Part shown: positions 1 to 12,492 of the stretch, in pieces | Numbering within the stretch: position 1 is the first letter of the stretch | How the letters are laid out: each line of letters opens with the position of its first letter | Assembly: GCA_951406725.2 (NCBI GenBank) | Contig: OX597815.1 | Location: 4,774,001 to 4,838,000 of the forward strand | Direction: 5' to 3' | Origin: Octopus vulgaris | Lineage: Eukaryota | DNA length: 64,000 nt | Made by a program: the position numbers and the translations under genes | Notes under the pieces: generated by a model | Told to the model about the DNA's origin: nothing | The model's input: only the letters and a program-made list of their open reading frames with translations | Databases searched by the model: none

Positions 1-366
1 GAACTGCTAAGTTATGACGATGTAAACAAACCAACACAAGTTGTCAAGTAGTAAGACACACACACGACTATAAGCCTTGTAACCAGTTGATCTAGTAAAT
101 GGGGCCTCATCTCATTGAGGGCTCATGCGCAATAATGCCATTGAGAGGGAGGCCCTGAAATGGTGCACATCCTCTCCTGATGACCCCAATTAACCTGATA
201 GCATCCAGCATGTGGACCCTTCGGCTGGTAGTACTTGCATCTGCAAGTTATTTGCAAAAAATACATGCATGCACACACTCACACATGATGGGCTTCAACA
301 CAGTTTCCATCTAGTAAATTCATTCTCAAGGCATTGACCATCTCAGGGTTACAGTAGAAGAGACAC

Positions 367-2038
367 TTAAACCTTTCGTTATTATATTTCTAATTAAAAC
401 CCTTATGAGTTTCAATTAAATTCTGAAATCATCAAGAATTTAGACTGGTTTCATTAAACAACCGTAACTATTTTATTTATCGACTTATTAATGTGATTTT
501 TGGAACATCAATGACACGAGTGACTGAAACCTTTGGAGATATGCTGTGCTTGAGAAGACCGACAGGCCAAGTGAGACCATAACCCAGGGCCTATGCCAGT
601 GCTGTATAACCAGCCCATTTAAGAGTACCCTTCAATCATTGGGCAATAAACTTTGCTTGTGAAGACCTGTTGAGGCAAGTGAAATCAAAATCGCTGATGT
701 GGCCAATGATGGTACCGCCTGATTGGCATTCGTGCCAGTGATATGTTAAAAGCATATCCGAGCGTGATCGTTACCTGGGCTGCTGACTGGCTCCCATGCA
801 GGTGGCATGTAAAAAGCACCATTTGAGCGCGATCATTGTCAGCATCACCTTACTGGCACATGAGCCGGTGGCATGTGAAAAACAACATTTGAGCATGGTT
901 GTTGCCAGTGCAGGTGGCATGTAAAAAACACCTTTTGAGCATGGTCATTGCTAGTATTACCTGACTGGCCCTCGTGCTGGTGGCATATAAAAAGCACCCA
1001 CTACACTCTCGGAGTGGTTGGTGTCAGGAAGGGCATCCAGCTGTAGAAACTCTGCCAGATCAGATTGGAGCCTGGCGCAGCCTTCTGGCTCGCCAGTCTT
1101 CAGTCAAACTGTTCGATCAATGCCAACATGGAAATGACGATGATGATGATGAATCTAATTACAGGTAAATACATTTCAACCACAAGCTATCTTTTTTCTT
1201 GATTTGTTTACTTTCTGCATAATGGTTTGATTCTGTATGTGATTATTTCAGACAAGCTTACCATTGCTTGATTTCTCCATATCTTCCATTGAAAAGCCCT
1301 CAAATTCAGAATCACTGCTTGATAGCAGGAAACTGTTATCCATTTTAAAAGTTTAAAAAAAAAAATATCACCGAAGTAAAAAAAAGGGGAAAAAAAACTT
1401 CCCAAAAGTCTTAGAGCTCAGGTCTCACATCAATGTCAGATACTGTGACTCAACTGTTTACAAAGCGAAATCAAGTGTTTTCACAAATGTACTCGGTGAC
1501 TGACATCCGTTGCTAGTGGAGCGCTAAGAGTACCATACGAGTGAGATTGTTACCAGAGCAACAAGCTGGCCTCCATGCCGATGGCACGTTAAAAACACCA
1601 TTCGAGCATGATCGTTACCTGCGTTGCCTTACTGACACTTGTGCTGGTGGCATGTGAAACATTCGAGCGAGGTTGTCGCCAGTGCCGCTGGACTGGCTCC
1701 TGTACAGGTGGCACATAAAAAGCACCATTTGGGCGTGGCCGTTGCCAGTACCACCAAAATGGCCCTCGTGCCGGTTGCACGTAAAAGCACCGACTACACT
1801 CAGAGTTGTTGGCATTAGGAAGGGCATCCAGCTGTAGAAACTCTGCCAGATCAGATTGGAGCCTGGTGCAGCCATCTCTTTCGCCAGACCTCAGTCAAAT
1901 TGTCCAACCCATGCTAGAATGGAAAGCGGACGTTAAACGATGATGATGCTGATGATGATGTACTAACGAGATTGGTGTTGAAATTCATATTTAAATATCA
2001 ATGGGTTCCCTCGGCTGGGTTGGTAACGAAAGGGTGAA
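367..2038. mobile_element. Degenerate piggyBac-like non-autonomous element with two nested RTE 3' ends
   Basis: TTAA-ACCTTTCGTTATTA (367-384) and TGGTAACGAAAGGG-TGAA (2021-2038) form an 11/14 inverted match of CCCTT-type TIRs with TTAA-like sites. The element splits a SINE whose two parts flank it. Confidence 0.5.
520..1151 (+). mobile_element. RTE-type LINE 3' end (ORF2 tail, tandem-repeat 3' UTR, (GAT)n tail)
   Basis: Same family as 61817-62650. Further copies at about 1480-1960, 2853-3345, 6698-6980, 8160-8760, 10145-10600, 10941-11515, 12009-12475, 21042-21730, 41890-42385, 50838-51158, 53051-53325 and 58540-58805. Confidence 0.8.
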
Positions 2039-4206
2039 GTCACACAGTTGCAAAGAGAGCTTCTTAACCACGCAGCCTGTTTTATTCAAGTTGCAGCCGT
2101 TTACTTTGAAACAAATCCTTGTCTGTCAAAAACATGTTTTGTGTGCATCGATACACGACATTCTCAAAGATTCTTTACCGTAACAAAGCTGTGTGGACTC
2201 ACTTTCAGGAATCCAAACAGCGACCACCACCAGTAATATATAAGTGAGATTTTCTCAAAGTCTGGTAAATCAGAATAAATCTTTTTGAACATAATGATGT
2301 GGTAAGAAGCTTGCATTCCAACCACATGGTCTCCGGTTCAGTCCCGCTGTGGCACTGTGGCACTTTGGGCAAGTGTCTTTTACTATGGCCTCTGGCAGAC
2401 CAAAGTCTTGTCAGTGAATTTGGTAGAAAGAAACTTAAACAAATCTATCATATATATATATATATATTCTTTTATTCTCTTGTTTCAGTCATTTGACTGT
2501 GACCATGTTGAAGCACCGTCTTTAGTCAAACAAATCGATCCCAGGACTTATTCTTAATAAGCCTTGTACTTATTCTATTGGTCTCTTACCAAACCACTAA
2601 GTTACGGGGACATAAGCACACCAACATTGGTTGTCAAGCGATTGTTGGGGAACAAACACAGACAAACAAACATATATATATATATATATGACAGGCTTTT
2701 TCAGTTTTCATCTACCAAATCTACTCACAAGGCCTGAGGCTATAGAAGACACTTGCCCAAGGTGCCCACAGTGGGTCTGAACCTGGAATCATGTGGTTGG
2801 GAAGCAAGCTTCTTAGCACACAGCCACTTCTGCACCTATATATATATATATATCATCATCATCATTAGCATCATTGTCGTTTGACGCCTGTTTTCCATGC
2901 TGGCATGGGTTGGATGGTTTGACTGAGGACTGGCAAACTAGATGGCTGCACCAGTCTCCAATCTGATCTGGCAATGTTTCTACAGCTTGATGCCCTTTCT
3001 AATGCCAACCACTCCGAGAGTGTAGCGGGTGCTTTTACATGCCATTGGCATGAGGGCCAGTCAGGCAGTTCTGGCAACGACCATGTTGAAAAGGTGTTTT
3101 TTACGTGCTACCTGCACAGGAGCCAGTCTGGTGGCACTGGCAATGACCACACTCGAATGTTGTTCTTTACGTACTGGGAAGGTGACGCTGGCAACAATCA
3201 CACTCGAATGGTGTTTTTTATGTGCCACCGGGAGCCAATCCGTGGCATTGGCAACGATCATGCTTGGATGTGCTTTTAACATACCACTGGCACGAGTACC
3301 AATCAGGCTGTATTGTCATTGGCCACATCAGTGATTTTGATTCCATATATATATATATTTCTTTATTACCCACAAGGGGCTAAACACAGAAGGGACAAAC
3401 AAGGACAGACAAAGGGATTAAGTCGATTACATCGATCCCAGTGCGTAACTGGTACTTAATTTATCGACCCTGAAAGGATGAAAGGCAAAGTTGACCTTGG
3501 CGGAATTTGAACTCAAAATGTAACGGCAGATGAAATACCACTAAGCATCTCGCCCAGCATGCCGCATATATATATATAAATAAAAGCAGATTCCAATCCT
3601 CCATAAAAACTCCTCTGGTTTTGTTGAAACATTAGCTTATTTGAAAATGTGTCAGGGTTGGTGAATTGGCTGGGTATCTGGCCATAGAAAATCTGCATCA
3701 ACAAGATTTGTGAGACCCTTGCAAGCATGGAGAAGTGGATGTTAAAGGACGATGAGGTTTATTAAACTCTGCAACATAAATTTACATTTGAAATGCAAGA
3801 GACAGTGTTGGGTCATAGTTTAGCTCAGTTTCCCTTTAGTTTCAAAAGAAAACATCAATTGCTGTTGTAATGTGCAGAGAGGTTGAATCATCTTCATTTC
3901 TGAAGAGGATGGAAACAAAAACACTTTTTTCAAATCAATTTCTTCACTTGTTCTATGTTTGATTTGTCTTTATTATAGCAAAGCTGTATAAATATATGGA
4001 GGGAGTTTTGAATACCTTTTTGGCATTGACCAATCTTAACAGTAGAATATGTCTTTTGACAGCGAAGAAAGAAGCTAAAACTAAATGAAAAATGTGTGGA
4101 TTTAATAGCACCATCATAATCATCATCATCATCATCATTTAACATCTGTTTTCCTTTCTTTTATGAGTTGAGTGCCTAGGCAGAATCTGGTGAGGCACAG
4201 GGCCAA

Positions 4207-4940
4207 GAAGGCGGTGAGCTGGCAGAATCGTTAGCGCGCCGGGCTAAATGCTTAGCGGTATTTCGTCTGACATTACGTTCTGAGCTCAAATTCCACTGAG
4301 GTCGACTTTGCCTTTCATCCTTTCGGGGTCGATAAATTAAGTACCAGTTATGCACTGGTGTCGATATAATAGACTTAATCCGTTTGTCTGTCCTTGTTTG
4401 TCCCCTCTGTGTTTAGCCCCTTGTGGGTAGTAAAGAAATAGGTATTTTGTCTGCCACTACGTTCTGAGTTCAAATTCCGCCGAGGTCGACTTTGCCTTTC
4501 ATCCGTTTGGGGTTGATAAATTAAGTACCAGTTACGCACGGGTTGATATAATCGACTTAATCCGTTTGTCCCCTTTGTGTTTAGCCCCTTGCAGGTAGTA
4601 AAGAAATAGGTATTTTGTCTGCCACTACGTTCTGAGTTCAAATTCCGCCGAGGTCGACTTTTCTTTTCATCCTTTTGGGGTCGATAAATTAAGTACCAGT
4701 TACGCACTAGGGTCGATATAATCGACTTAATCCGTTTGTCCTTTCTGTGTTTAGCCCCTTGTGGGTAGTAAAGAAGCAGGTATTTCGTCAGCTGTTACGT
4801 TCTGAGTTCAAATTCTGCTGAGGTCAACTTTTCTTTTCATCCTTTCGGGGTCGATAAATAAAGTACCAGTTACGCACTGGGGTCAATGTAATCAACTTAA
4901 TCACCCTGTCTGTCCTTTATTGTCCCCTCTGTGTTTAGCT
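4207..4940 (+). mobile_element. tRNA-derived SINE (family B) followed by three tandem ~170-180 bp re-iterations of its 3' part
   Basis: Head GGCGGTGAGCTGGCAGAATCGTTAGC, B-box-like GAGTTCAAATTCC, core GTCGACTTTGCCTTTCATCCTTTCGGGGTCGATAAATTAAGTACCAG present 4 times. Dispersed copies at about 3358-3565, 20311-20530, 25133-25315, 25943-26170, 33672-33906, 34680-34862 and 43195-43415. Confidence 0.85.
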
Positions 4941-4999
4941 CCAGCATCAGCTTTGGCATGGTTACTGTCACTGGATGCCCTTCCCTAGTGCCAGCCACA

Positions 5000-5390
5000 T
5001 TCATTCATTGTCCGACCGTGGTCGAGACAATGGAATTTACTATGTTACGTCAGACCTCACGGTCCATCATAGCATTACGGAGGTCCTGTTGCTGGATGCC
5101 TGTATCCCTGGAGATTACATCAGGGTAGGAGAGTGTGCGCCCTCTGGTATCGCGAGCAGATGGCTTCCAGAGGAGAAGAGTAGAAATTATCTTGTTTTCA
5201 GCTCTACAACAATGTCCAGCAAACTGGACTCTCCTACCTTTCACAAGAGATGAAACAGGTGGTAATTTCCCATATATTTGTACTTTGGTTGGATGATGCT
5301 TCCGCGAGTGATTTTGAGCTCTCATAAGGAGGCGAGTGTAGGTTCCATCCAACCGCCTCTCAAGCTTCTTTGATAACGTCCAGGTTTCTG
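5000..5390 (-). mobile_element. RTE-clade LINE ORF2 C-terminal fragment
   Basis: ETWTLSKKLERRLDGTYTRLL...RRVQFAGHCCRAE...LLLWKP...RGR: typical post-RT RTE domain, 5'-truncated. Confidence 0.8.
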
Positions 5391-5559
5391 AGCCACTTTA
5401 CTGAGTGTACTGGGTGCTTTTCTTTAGTGAGGTTGCCAGGTTACTTGCAAGACAAGAAAAGAATGGGAAGAAGGAGAAAAAAAAAAATGGCAAAAACCCC
5501 CTCAATTAAACAGGGGGCTATGTATATACACACACATTAAGATGACAAATGTAGATGTC

Positions 5560-6334
5560 GTGTAACTATTTAATACCCATCTCTCTTTTATTTCCATAGT
5601 GACGTTGCTCATGAACAGAGTTAGAAATCCAGTCAGGTATATTTAGATTTAATATATTGTTTGTGTGTATAATAAATGTTACAACATAATAATTAAATTT
5701 AAAATATAATTTTAATTTACAGTTTGTTGTGCCTTGTTGAAAGAGGAAAATAGACAGATAAATCCACAAATTATCAATATGACAGTGCTTTTACATAAAG
5801 GCATTGATGGATACTAAGAGATTACTGGCTGCTGGTGTTGGTGAAGGTGGTGGTGGTGGTCGTGGTGGTGGTGGTGGTAGTGACAGTGGCAAAGTAAGGT
5901 TGGTCCAATCCAGTTGCTGGTAGAAGTGAAAGGAATTTCTGGTTGTTTGTTTAGAAAGACAGGAAGAGGAGAAGAAGAAGAAGAAGGAGAAGCAGAGGGA
6001 GATTTTTTTGTTTTGTGGGGGACGATGGGTGACTGTCCAAGCAAAGTCTTAGCAAATATAGCAGTAATTAGTAACATTGGTTTTAGCGTAGAAGGGTGTT
6101 GAAGAGAATAAAATCAAGGGACAGGAAATACAAAGGAAACATTTTAATAAAAAATTGAGGAGAGAAAGGAGGAGAGAGAAAAAAAAAAAGTAACGTGGAG
6201 AGGAAGGAGAGATTAAAAAGAGAGAGAAACAGGGTTTTTTTTACAACAAACACAGAAAATCAGTTCAAGGAGAGGAAGGTGAGCATTTTTAAACCTTTTT
6301 TTTTTTTTTCCATTTTTTTAAATATTTTTCACAT
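5560..6334 (-). other. Probable RCAN 3' UTR with poly(A) signals
   Basis: Largely TE-free, U-rich stretch after the stop. AATAAA at 5592-5587 and ATTAAA at 5574-5569 on the minus strand; TE sequence resumes below ~5400. Confidence 0.6.
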
Positions 6335-6471
6335 TTAGTTGACTCTGTCGGGACACATAGTTTGAACGATTTTTGGTTTGGCTAAATCTTTGAAGTCCTC
6401 TGGTTCCTCACAAATATGGACGACAATACCTGGTTGATTCTCTGTTGGTGGATGGAGTTCGTGGGCTTCCC
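6335..6471 (-). CDS. RCAN: RCAN/calcipressin terminal coding exon: (G)EAHELHPPTENQPGIVVHICEEPEDFKDLAKPKIVQTMCPDRVN*
   Basis: Polypyrimidine tract and CAG acceptor (6474-6472); phase 1 matches the upstream exon. Resembles the RCAN C-terminus (GEKYELH..PSVVVHVCE..PKPKIIQTRRP), with ELH, PxIxIT-like PGIVVH and TxxP (TMCP). TAA stop at 6337-6335. Confidence 0.95.
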
Positions 6472-6549
6472 CTGTCGAAGAGAAAAAAAGAGAGTAGAAA
6501 GAAAGAAAGAAAGAGACTCTCAAGACAAACAAGATGTTTATGGTACAAG

Positions 6550-6697
6550 TATTTACATTATTTACATTTGACGGATATTTGTCCTCATCTTGTTTGTTGT
6601 TAACACAACATTTCAGCTGATATACCCTCCAGCCTTCATCAGGTGTCTTGGGGAAATTTCAAACCTGGGTTCTCATTCCTAAGATAGTTTTTGATAT
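6550..6697 (-). mobile_element. Hammerhead-bearing short element (family T), truncated; HHR motif 6602-6647
   Basis: Minus strand GACAC-CTGATGA-A-GGCTG..CAGCT-GAAA-TGTT-GTGTT. Same family as 6981-7238, 19701-20624 and 45498-46077. Confidence 0.7.
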
Positions 6698-6980
6698 TGG
6701 CCAATGCCAGTGCCACCTCGACTGGCCTCCGTGCCGGTGGCACGTAAAATGCACCAATCTGACCGTGGCCTTTTCCAGCCTCGCCTGGCACCTGTGCAGG
6801 TGGCACGTAAAAAGCACCCACTACACTCACGGAGTGGTTGGCGTTAGGAAGGGCATCAAGCTGTAGAAACATTGCCAGATCAGATTGGAGACTGGTGCAG
6901 CCTTCTGGCTTCCCAGATCCCCGGTCGAACCGTCCAACCCATGCTAGCATGGAGAACGGACACTAAACGATGATGATGAT

Positions 6981-7238
6981 TATTATTTACATTTGACGTA
7001 TATTTATTTGCATCGTGTTTGTTGTTAACACGATGTTTCGGCTGATATACCCTCCAGCCTTCTTGGGGAAATTTCAAACCTGGGTTCTCATTCCTAAGGT
7101 ATTTTTCAATGTTATTATTATTGTTCAGGTCACTGCTTGGAATCAAACTTGGAATCTTGGGGTTAGTAGCCTGTGCTACGCCATATCCCCAAATGTAAAT
7201 AATGTACATAATTCCTCATCTCTTAAATATAGAACTGT
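6981..7238 (-). mobile_element. Family T element (tRNA-like head, HHR core deleted) with inverted 3' tail
   Basis: Body on the minus strand (6981-7187) lacks the CTGATGA segment. It is followed by a plus-strand copy of the element's 3' end (7191-7238). Confidence 0.7.
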
Positions 7239-9659
7239 AAGACGTTTCTAGTACAAGTATACCTTTATCTTTATTCCAGTCTACATCCACAAAACCATCA
7301 AATTGTCCGATTACCAAAGTTTCACATCACCAACCAATTGACCCAACAAGACCCTGGCTATTTGTTTTGTCAGAACAACAGCAGACCCTGTTCTTCTAAG
7401 CTAGCAAGTTGTACATCAACCTCGTCCAGACCAATCTTCATTTTTACATACATACCTACCTTTTCCCTTTTTTCCACCCCTATTGTCCCCCCATTGTCCC
7501 CTATGATAGACTGGCATCGTATCCAAGGGGGTGAGTGTTGCAGTCTAAGTCACTCATACACCATGGAAACCTGATTAAACCTTTGGTGTTTAAACCAGCC
7601 ACATCTGGCCAAAATTTCTGCTAGTATAATGCTCAAACTGGCCAAACCTGGTCTCACACCCACTCTACAATGTCCGACAATCACATCATTGTAATCTCAA
7701 AGCTACAAGACAATGCATAATAGATAAACATTACTTTTGACAGAATAATCTGAATGGCCTTGGATCTCTAAGTCTATTATCTCACACCCCCAAACTCCTT
7801 AAACACTTTACTTAATCCTTTCTTTCCAGAGTAAAAAAACAAAAAAGCCTCTCCTTGACACATTTTCCTCACAGTTTATCAGCAAACAAAAAAAATTAAT
7901 CTCATTACTAATGACATTGATCTCATAGATCTTGTGGGGTCCGCATCAGACTCCCTCTTTGCTTGACTACAAAAATAAACCTTGACCTTTTGAATGTGGA
8001 AAAATAATATATTTACTCCAAATTTTATCACCATTAACTGCAGAATGCAGTTTTATTCCACAGCTTTGGAAAAAAACTCTCCTTACACTATGAGAAGCAA
8101 AAGAACCCCTAGTGACACGTGTTCAGATTAAAAAAATTTTCCCCCATGTTTCATTAAATAGCCATAGCCTATGCCAGTGGGTGGAAGCAGCCCCTTCTGA
8201 GTACCCCTCATTCATTGGACAATAAACTTTGCTTGCCAAGACCTTAAATCCTTAAAAATGTTTTAGTCCGAAGGCTGCGGCCATGCTGGGGCACCACCAC
8301 TGATAAGAAAAATAGGTTGCTCTGAAGTAGAGAGCAATGCCCATATGTGTTAGAAAGATCGATTGATCTCTTCCGTCCTTGTCGAGGGGAGTGCTAACCG
8401 TCACTCCTTTTTTGCAACACCTATCGAAACAAGTGAAATCAAATCAAAATCACTGACATGGCCGATGACAGAACCGGCTGATTGATACTTGTGCCAATAG
8501 AACGTTAGAAACACATCTGAGCGTGATTGTTGCCAGGGCCATGGATTGGCTCTCGTGCCAGTGGCATGTAAAAAGTACCATTTGAGCATGATTGTTGCCA
8601 GCGTAAGCCTTACTGGCACATGTACCGGTGGCATGTGAAAGACAGCATTTGAGCGTGGTCGTTGCCAGTACCACCGGACTGGCTCCCATGCAGGTAGCAC
8701 ATGAAAAAATATCTTTTGAGTGTGGTCGTTGCCAGAACCGCCTGACTTTTTGTTGTGGACATGAAAACCCTGTGCGTAAGAGATACTGAAGAAGCAGAAG
8801 TAGAAAATATCCATTCTATTTTTTGATGGGCAATTAACAACACTAAAGGAATCATTATGAAATGGAATTACACGGTCAAAGTTGCATTCATAGATTTCCT
8901 GTAGACTTTAATAGTTGCAGTAAAGATTGTTTGCCAACATAACATGGCATTCCTGCTTTAGGACGAATGTTGCTGTAATTTAGCCCCAGGAGACATCGTC
9001 TCCAGCTGGCAAGACGACATGATCTGTGTCCTTATATTTTTTAATCTTTGCTCCAAAGTACTGTTGCTGAACACCTCCCATTGTGAGATTTAAAAATAGT
9101 AATTTTCTAATTAATTGTTGCAGTCAGGAAATAGAAGCAGGTCCAGACTTGAGTTCGATGGAGTTTACTATGTCACAGTTTTCTTCTTTCAGTGGAAGCT
9201 TTGTCTACTATCCTCCATAGTTTTATTTCTGTTGAGAGGAGTCTGCAAACGGTTCTCTGGGGTCTGCAAATGCAGAATGGCATTTTACAAACACCTGCTC
9301 CCTAAGTTTTCAAAAAATAAAAGTGCCCTAACTCAAGCAGAAGTTGATTTAATGCAGTATATTTCCTTACACTCTCCAATCTGTTTAGATGTTTGCACGC
9401 ACAACCAGCATCCTCTGTAGGAGGACTTTAGGGCACATGGCCTGCTAATCATCATCATCATCATTTAACGTCCGCTTTCCATGCTAGCATGAGTCGGACG
9501 GTTCGACTGGGGTCTGGGAAGCCAGGAGGCTGCACCAGGCTCCTGTCCTATCTGGCATGGTTTCTACAGCTGGATGCCCTTCCTAATGCCAACCACTCCG
9601 TGAGTGTAGTGGGTGCTTTTTACGTGCCACTGGCACAGGGGCCAGGCGAGGCAACAATG

Positions 9660-9990
9660 ACCAAGGACATAACATGGGAAAAGAAGACAGGTTATGGTGT
9701 GCCTGGCTGTGGTGGATCAGTCCAATCCCTGAACAGAAGGCTCTGCCCTTGGTCGTGTGCTGGTTGTCTGTTGGGACTGAAAGCAAGGAGGTGGCTCTGG
9801 ACCTCCATGCTCCTGAAATCCTGTTCTTCTCGTAAGAGGTGGCACCTCTGTTGGTGCAGCTTTTCCTAGCCAGGGTGCTCTTGTGGTTGCATTTCCCAGG
9901 TGCCTGGGTTGATCTCAAAGCTCTTCAGTGAGGCCTTCTGTGTATCTTTGACGCGCTTTTTCTCCCCACTTTGTGTGTGCTTGCCATCCA
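9660..9990 (-). mobile_element. Decayed RTE-clade ORF2 C-terminal fragment
   Basis: Minus-strand GKHTQSGEKKRVKDTQKASLKSFEINPGTWE resembles the RTE G.R..GGQKKR.KD.LK motif; contains stops. Confidence 0.6.
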
Positions 9991-11700
9991 CAAGTATTGC
10001 AGTGATTTGTCTGTTAGCAACAATAGTAAGTTGTGCTCAGTGAATTGCTAGCAACACTAGTCGTTATTGCACAGTTGTCCCTGATCCACAACAGTCAGTA
10101 TTGCATAGTGAGTTGTCTGTTGGCAACAACAGTCAGTATTGCACAGTGGCATGTAAAGACACCATTCGAGTGTGATCGTTACCATCATCGCCTTACTGGC
10201 ACTCTAGCTCCGTGCTAGTAGGGTGTTAAAAGCACCATCCGAACGTGATTCTTACCAGAGCAGCTATCTGGCCTCTGTGCTGGTGGCACGAAAAAGACAC
10301 CATTCGAGTGTGATCGTTACCAGCATCACTTTACTGGCACCTGTGCCGGTGGAATGTGTAAAAGATTCGAGTGAGGTCATTGTCAGTACCACCAAACTGG
10401 CCCTCATACCAGTGGCACGTAACAGCACCCACTACACTCTTGGAGTGGTTGGTGTTAGGAAGGGCATCCAGCTGTAGAAACACTGCCAGATCAGACTGGA
10501 GCCTGGTACAGCCTCCTGGCTTGGCTTCCCAGACCCCAGTTGAACTGTCCAACCCGTGCTAGAATGGAAAATGGATGTTAAACGATGATGATGAGGACGA
10601 TCTGGTGTTTACCAGGACACTTAACTGTTAATGCTACAAGTAGTGGTTGTATGTACTGAGGTGAGAATCATTAGCATGTCATACTTAAATTCTTCCTAAA
10701 GGAAAGTTACCTGTGACAAACCAGCACCCTGTCCCAGAGAAGAATTACCTCTCATTTGATTAATACTACAGAAACCTGAGGTGGGGTCTTCTCCACTGGA
10801 TTGTTGTAGTTTAGCAAAGAAACAATTATTTGGTCATTTTAGCAAACGGTTCTATGTTGCAATTCCCTTGATTGGCTTCCAGACACAGATCAATTGGACT
10901 GCAAGGTCTGGCAGTTCTGTATCAATTTTATATATATATATCATCATCATCATCGTTTAACGTCCGTTTTCCATGCTGGCATGGGTTGGACGGTTTGACT
11001 GAGGGCTGGCGAACCAGATGGCTGCACCAGGCTCCAGTCTGATCTGGCAATGTTTCTACAGCTGGATGCCCTTCCTAACACCAACCACTCCGAGAATGTA
11101 GTGGGTGCTTTTTACGTGCCACCAGAACATGGGTTAGTCAGGCAGTTCTGGCAACAACCATGCTCAAAAGGTGTTTCTGACGTACCACCAGCACCTGTGC
11201 CGATAAGGTGATGCTGACAACAATCACGATTGAATGGTGCTTTTTACGTGTTACCAGCACAGGAGCCAATACGTGGCCCTGTCTATGATCATGCTCGGAC
11301 GGTGCTTTTAATGTTCCACTGGCAAGAGTGCCAATCAGGTGGTACTGTCATTGGCCACGCCAGAGATTTTGATTTTGATTTCACTTGCCTCAAAAGGTCT
11401 TTGCAAGCAAAGTTTATTGTCCATTGAATGGGGGGTGCTCATAAGTGGCCTGGTTACACCCACTGGCATAGGCCACGGGCTATGGTCTCACTTGGCTTGC
11501 CGGGTCTTCTCAAGCACACACACACACATGTTTGTATGTATGTATACACTACTGTTTGATTGTCCCCCATATTGGTTTTTAATCCTTTTGTGACAGACAC
11601 TGCACACAAAGATACTAATAAAAAATGAATAAAATTCTGTGAAAATGATAATTCCTGAAGTACATAAATAATATGAACAACAACAAGAACACCACCACTA

Positions 11701-11970
<270 letters not shown>

Positions 11971-12492
11971 TTAACAACGCACAATCATAGGATTTGGTTC
12001 AATTTCGGGCAAGTGAAATCGAAATTGAACCAAATCGTATGGCTGTGCAGGTGTCTCAAGTAAAGAAACACTGTTTCGACCCTGTGCTTGAGGAGACCTA
12101 TTGAGTCAAGTACATCGACATCAAAAATCAATGGAAATTGTAGTTGTGATGCCTGTGCCGGTTGCACATAAAAAGCACCATCCAAACATTGCCAATGCCA
12201 GTGCTGCCTTGACTGGCTCCCATGCAGGTGGCACGTAAAAAGCACCAACTGATCGTGGCCGTTGCCAGCCTCCCCTGGGACCTGTGCTGGTGGCATGTAA
12301 AAAGTACCCACTACACTCATGGAATGGTTGGCGTTAGGAAGGGCATCCAGCTGTAGAAACACTGCCAGATCAGACTGGAGCTTGGTGCAGCCTCCTGGCT
12401 CCCCAGACCCCAGTCGAACCGTCCAACCCATGCTAGCATGGAGAACGGACGTTAAACAATGATGATGATGATGATTATATAATATATATATA

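Noticed and set aside
730-1000. Regularly spaced palindromic repeat GTGCCGGTGGCACGTAAAAAGCACC resembling a CRISPR array
   Set aside because: Spacers are homologous to each other, the array is part of a dispersed RTE 3' UTR, the context is eukaryotic and there are no cas genes.
2203-2261. Possible 59-nt minus exon (CAG..AAA/GTGAGT; FEKISLIYYWWWSLFGFLK)
   Set aside because: Weak pyrimidine tract, no recognisable homology, no partner exons.
5814-6077. His-rich minus ORF with a possible acceptor at ~5940 as an alternative RCAN last exon
   Set aside because: Lies downstream of the in-frame stop in probable 3' UTR, is driven by (CAC)n and has no RCAN motifs.
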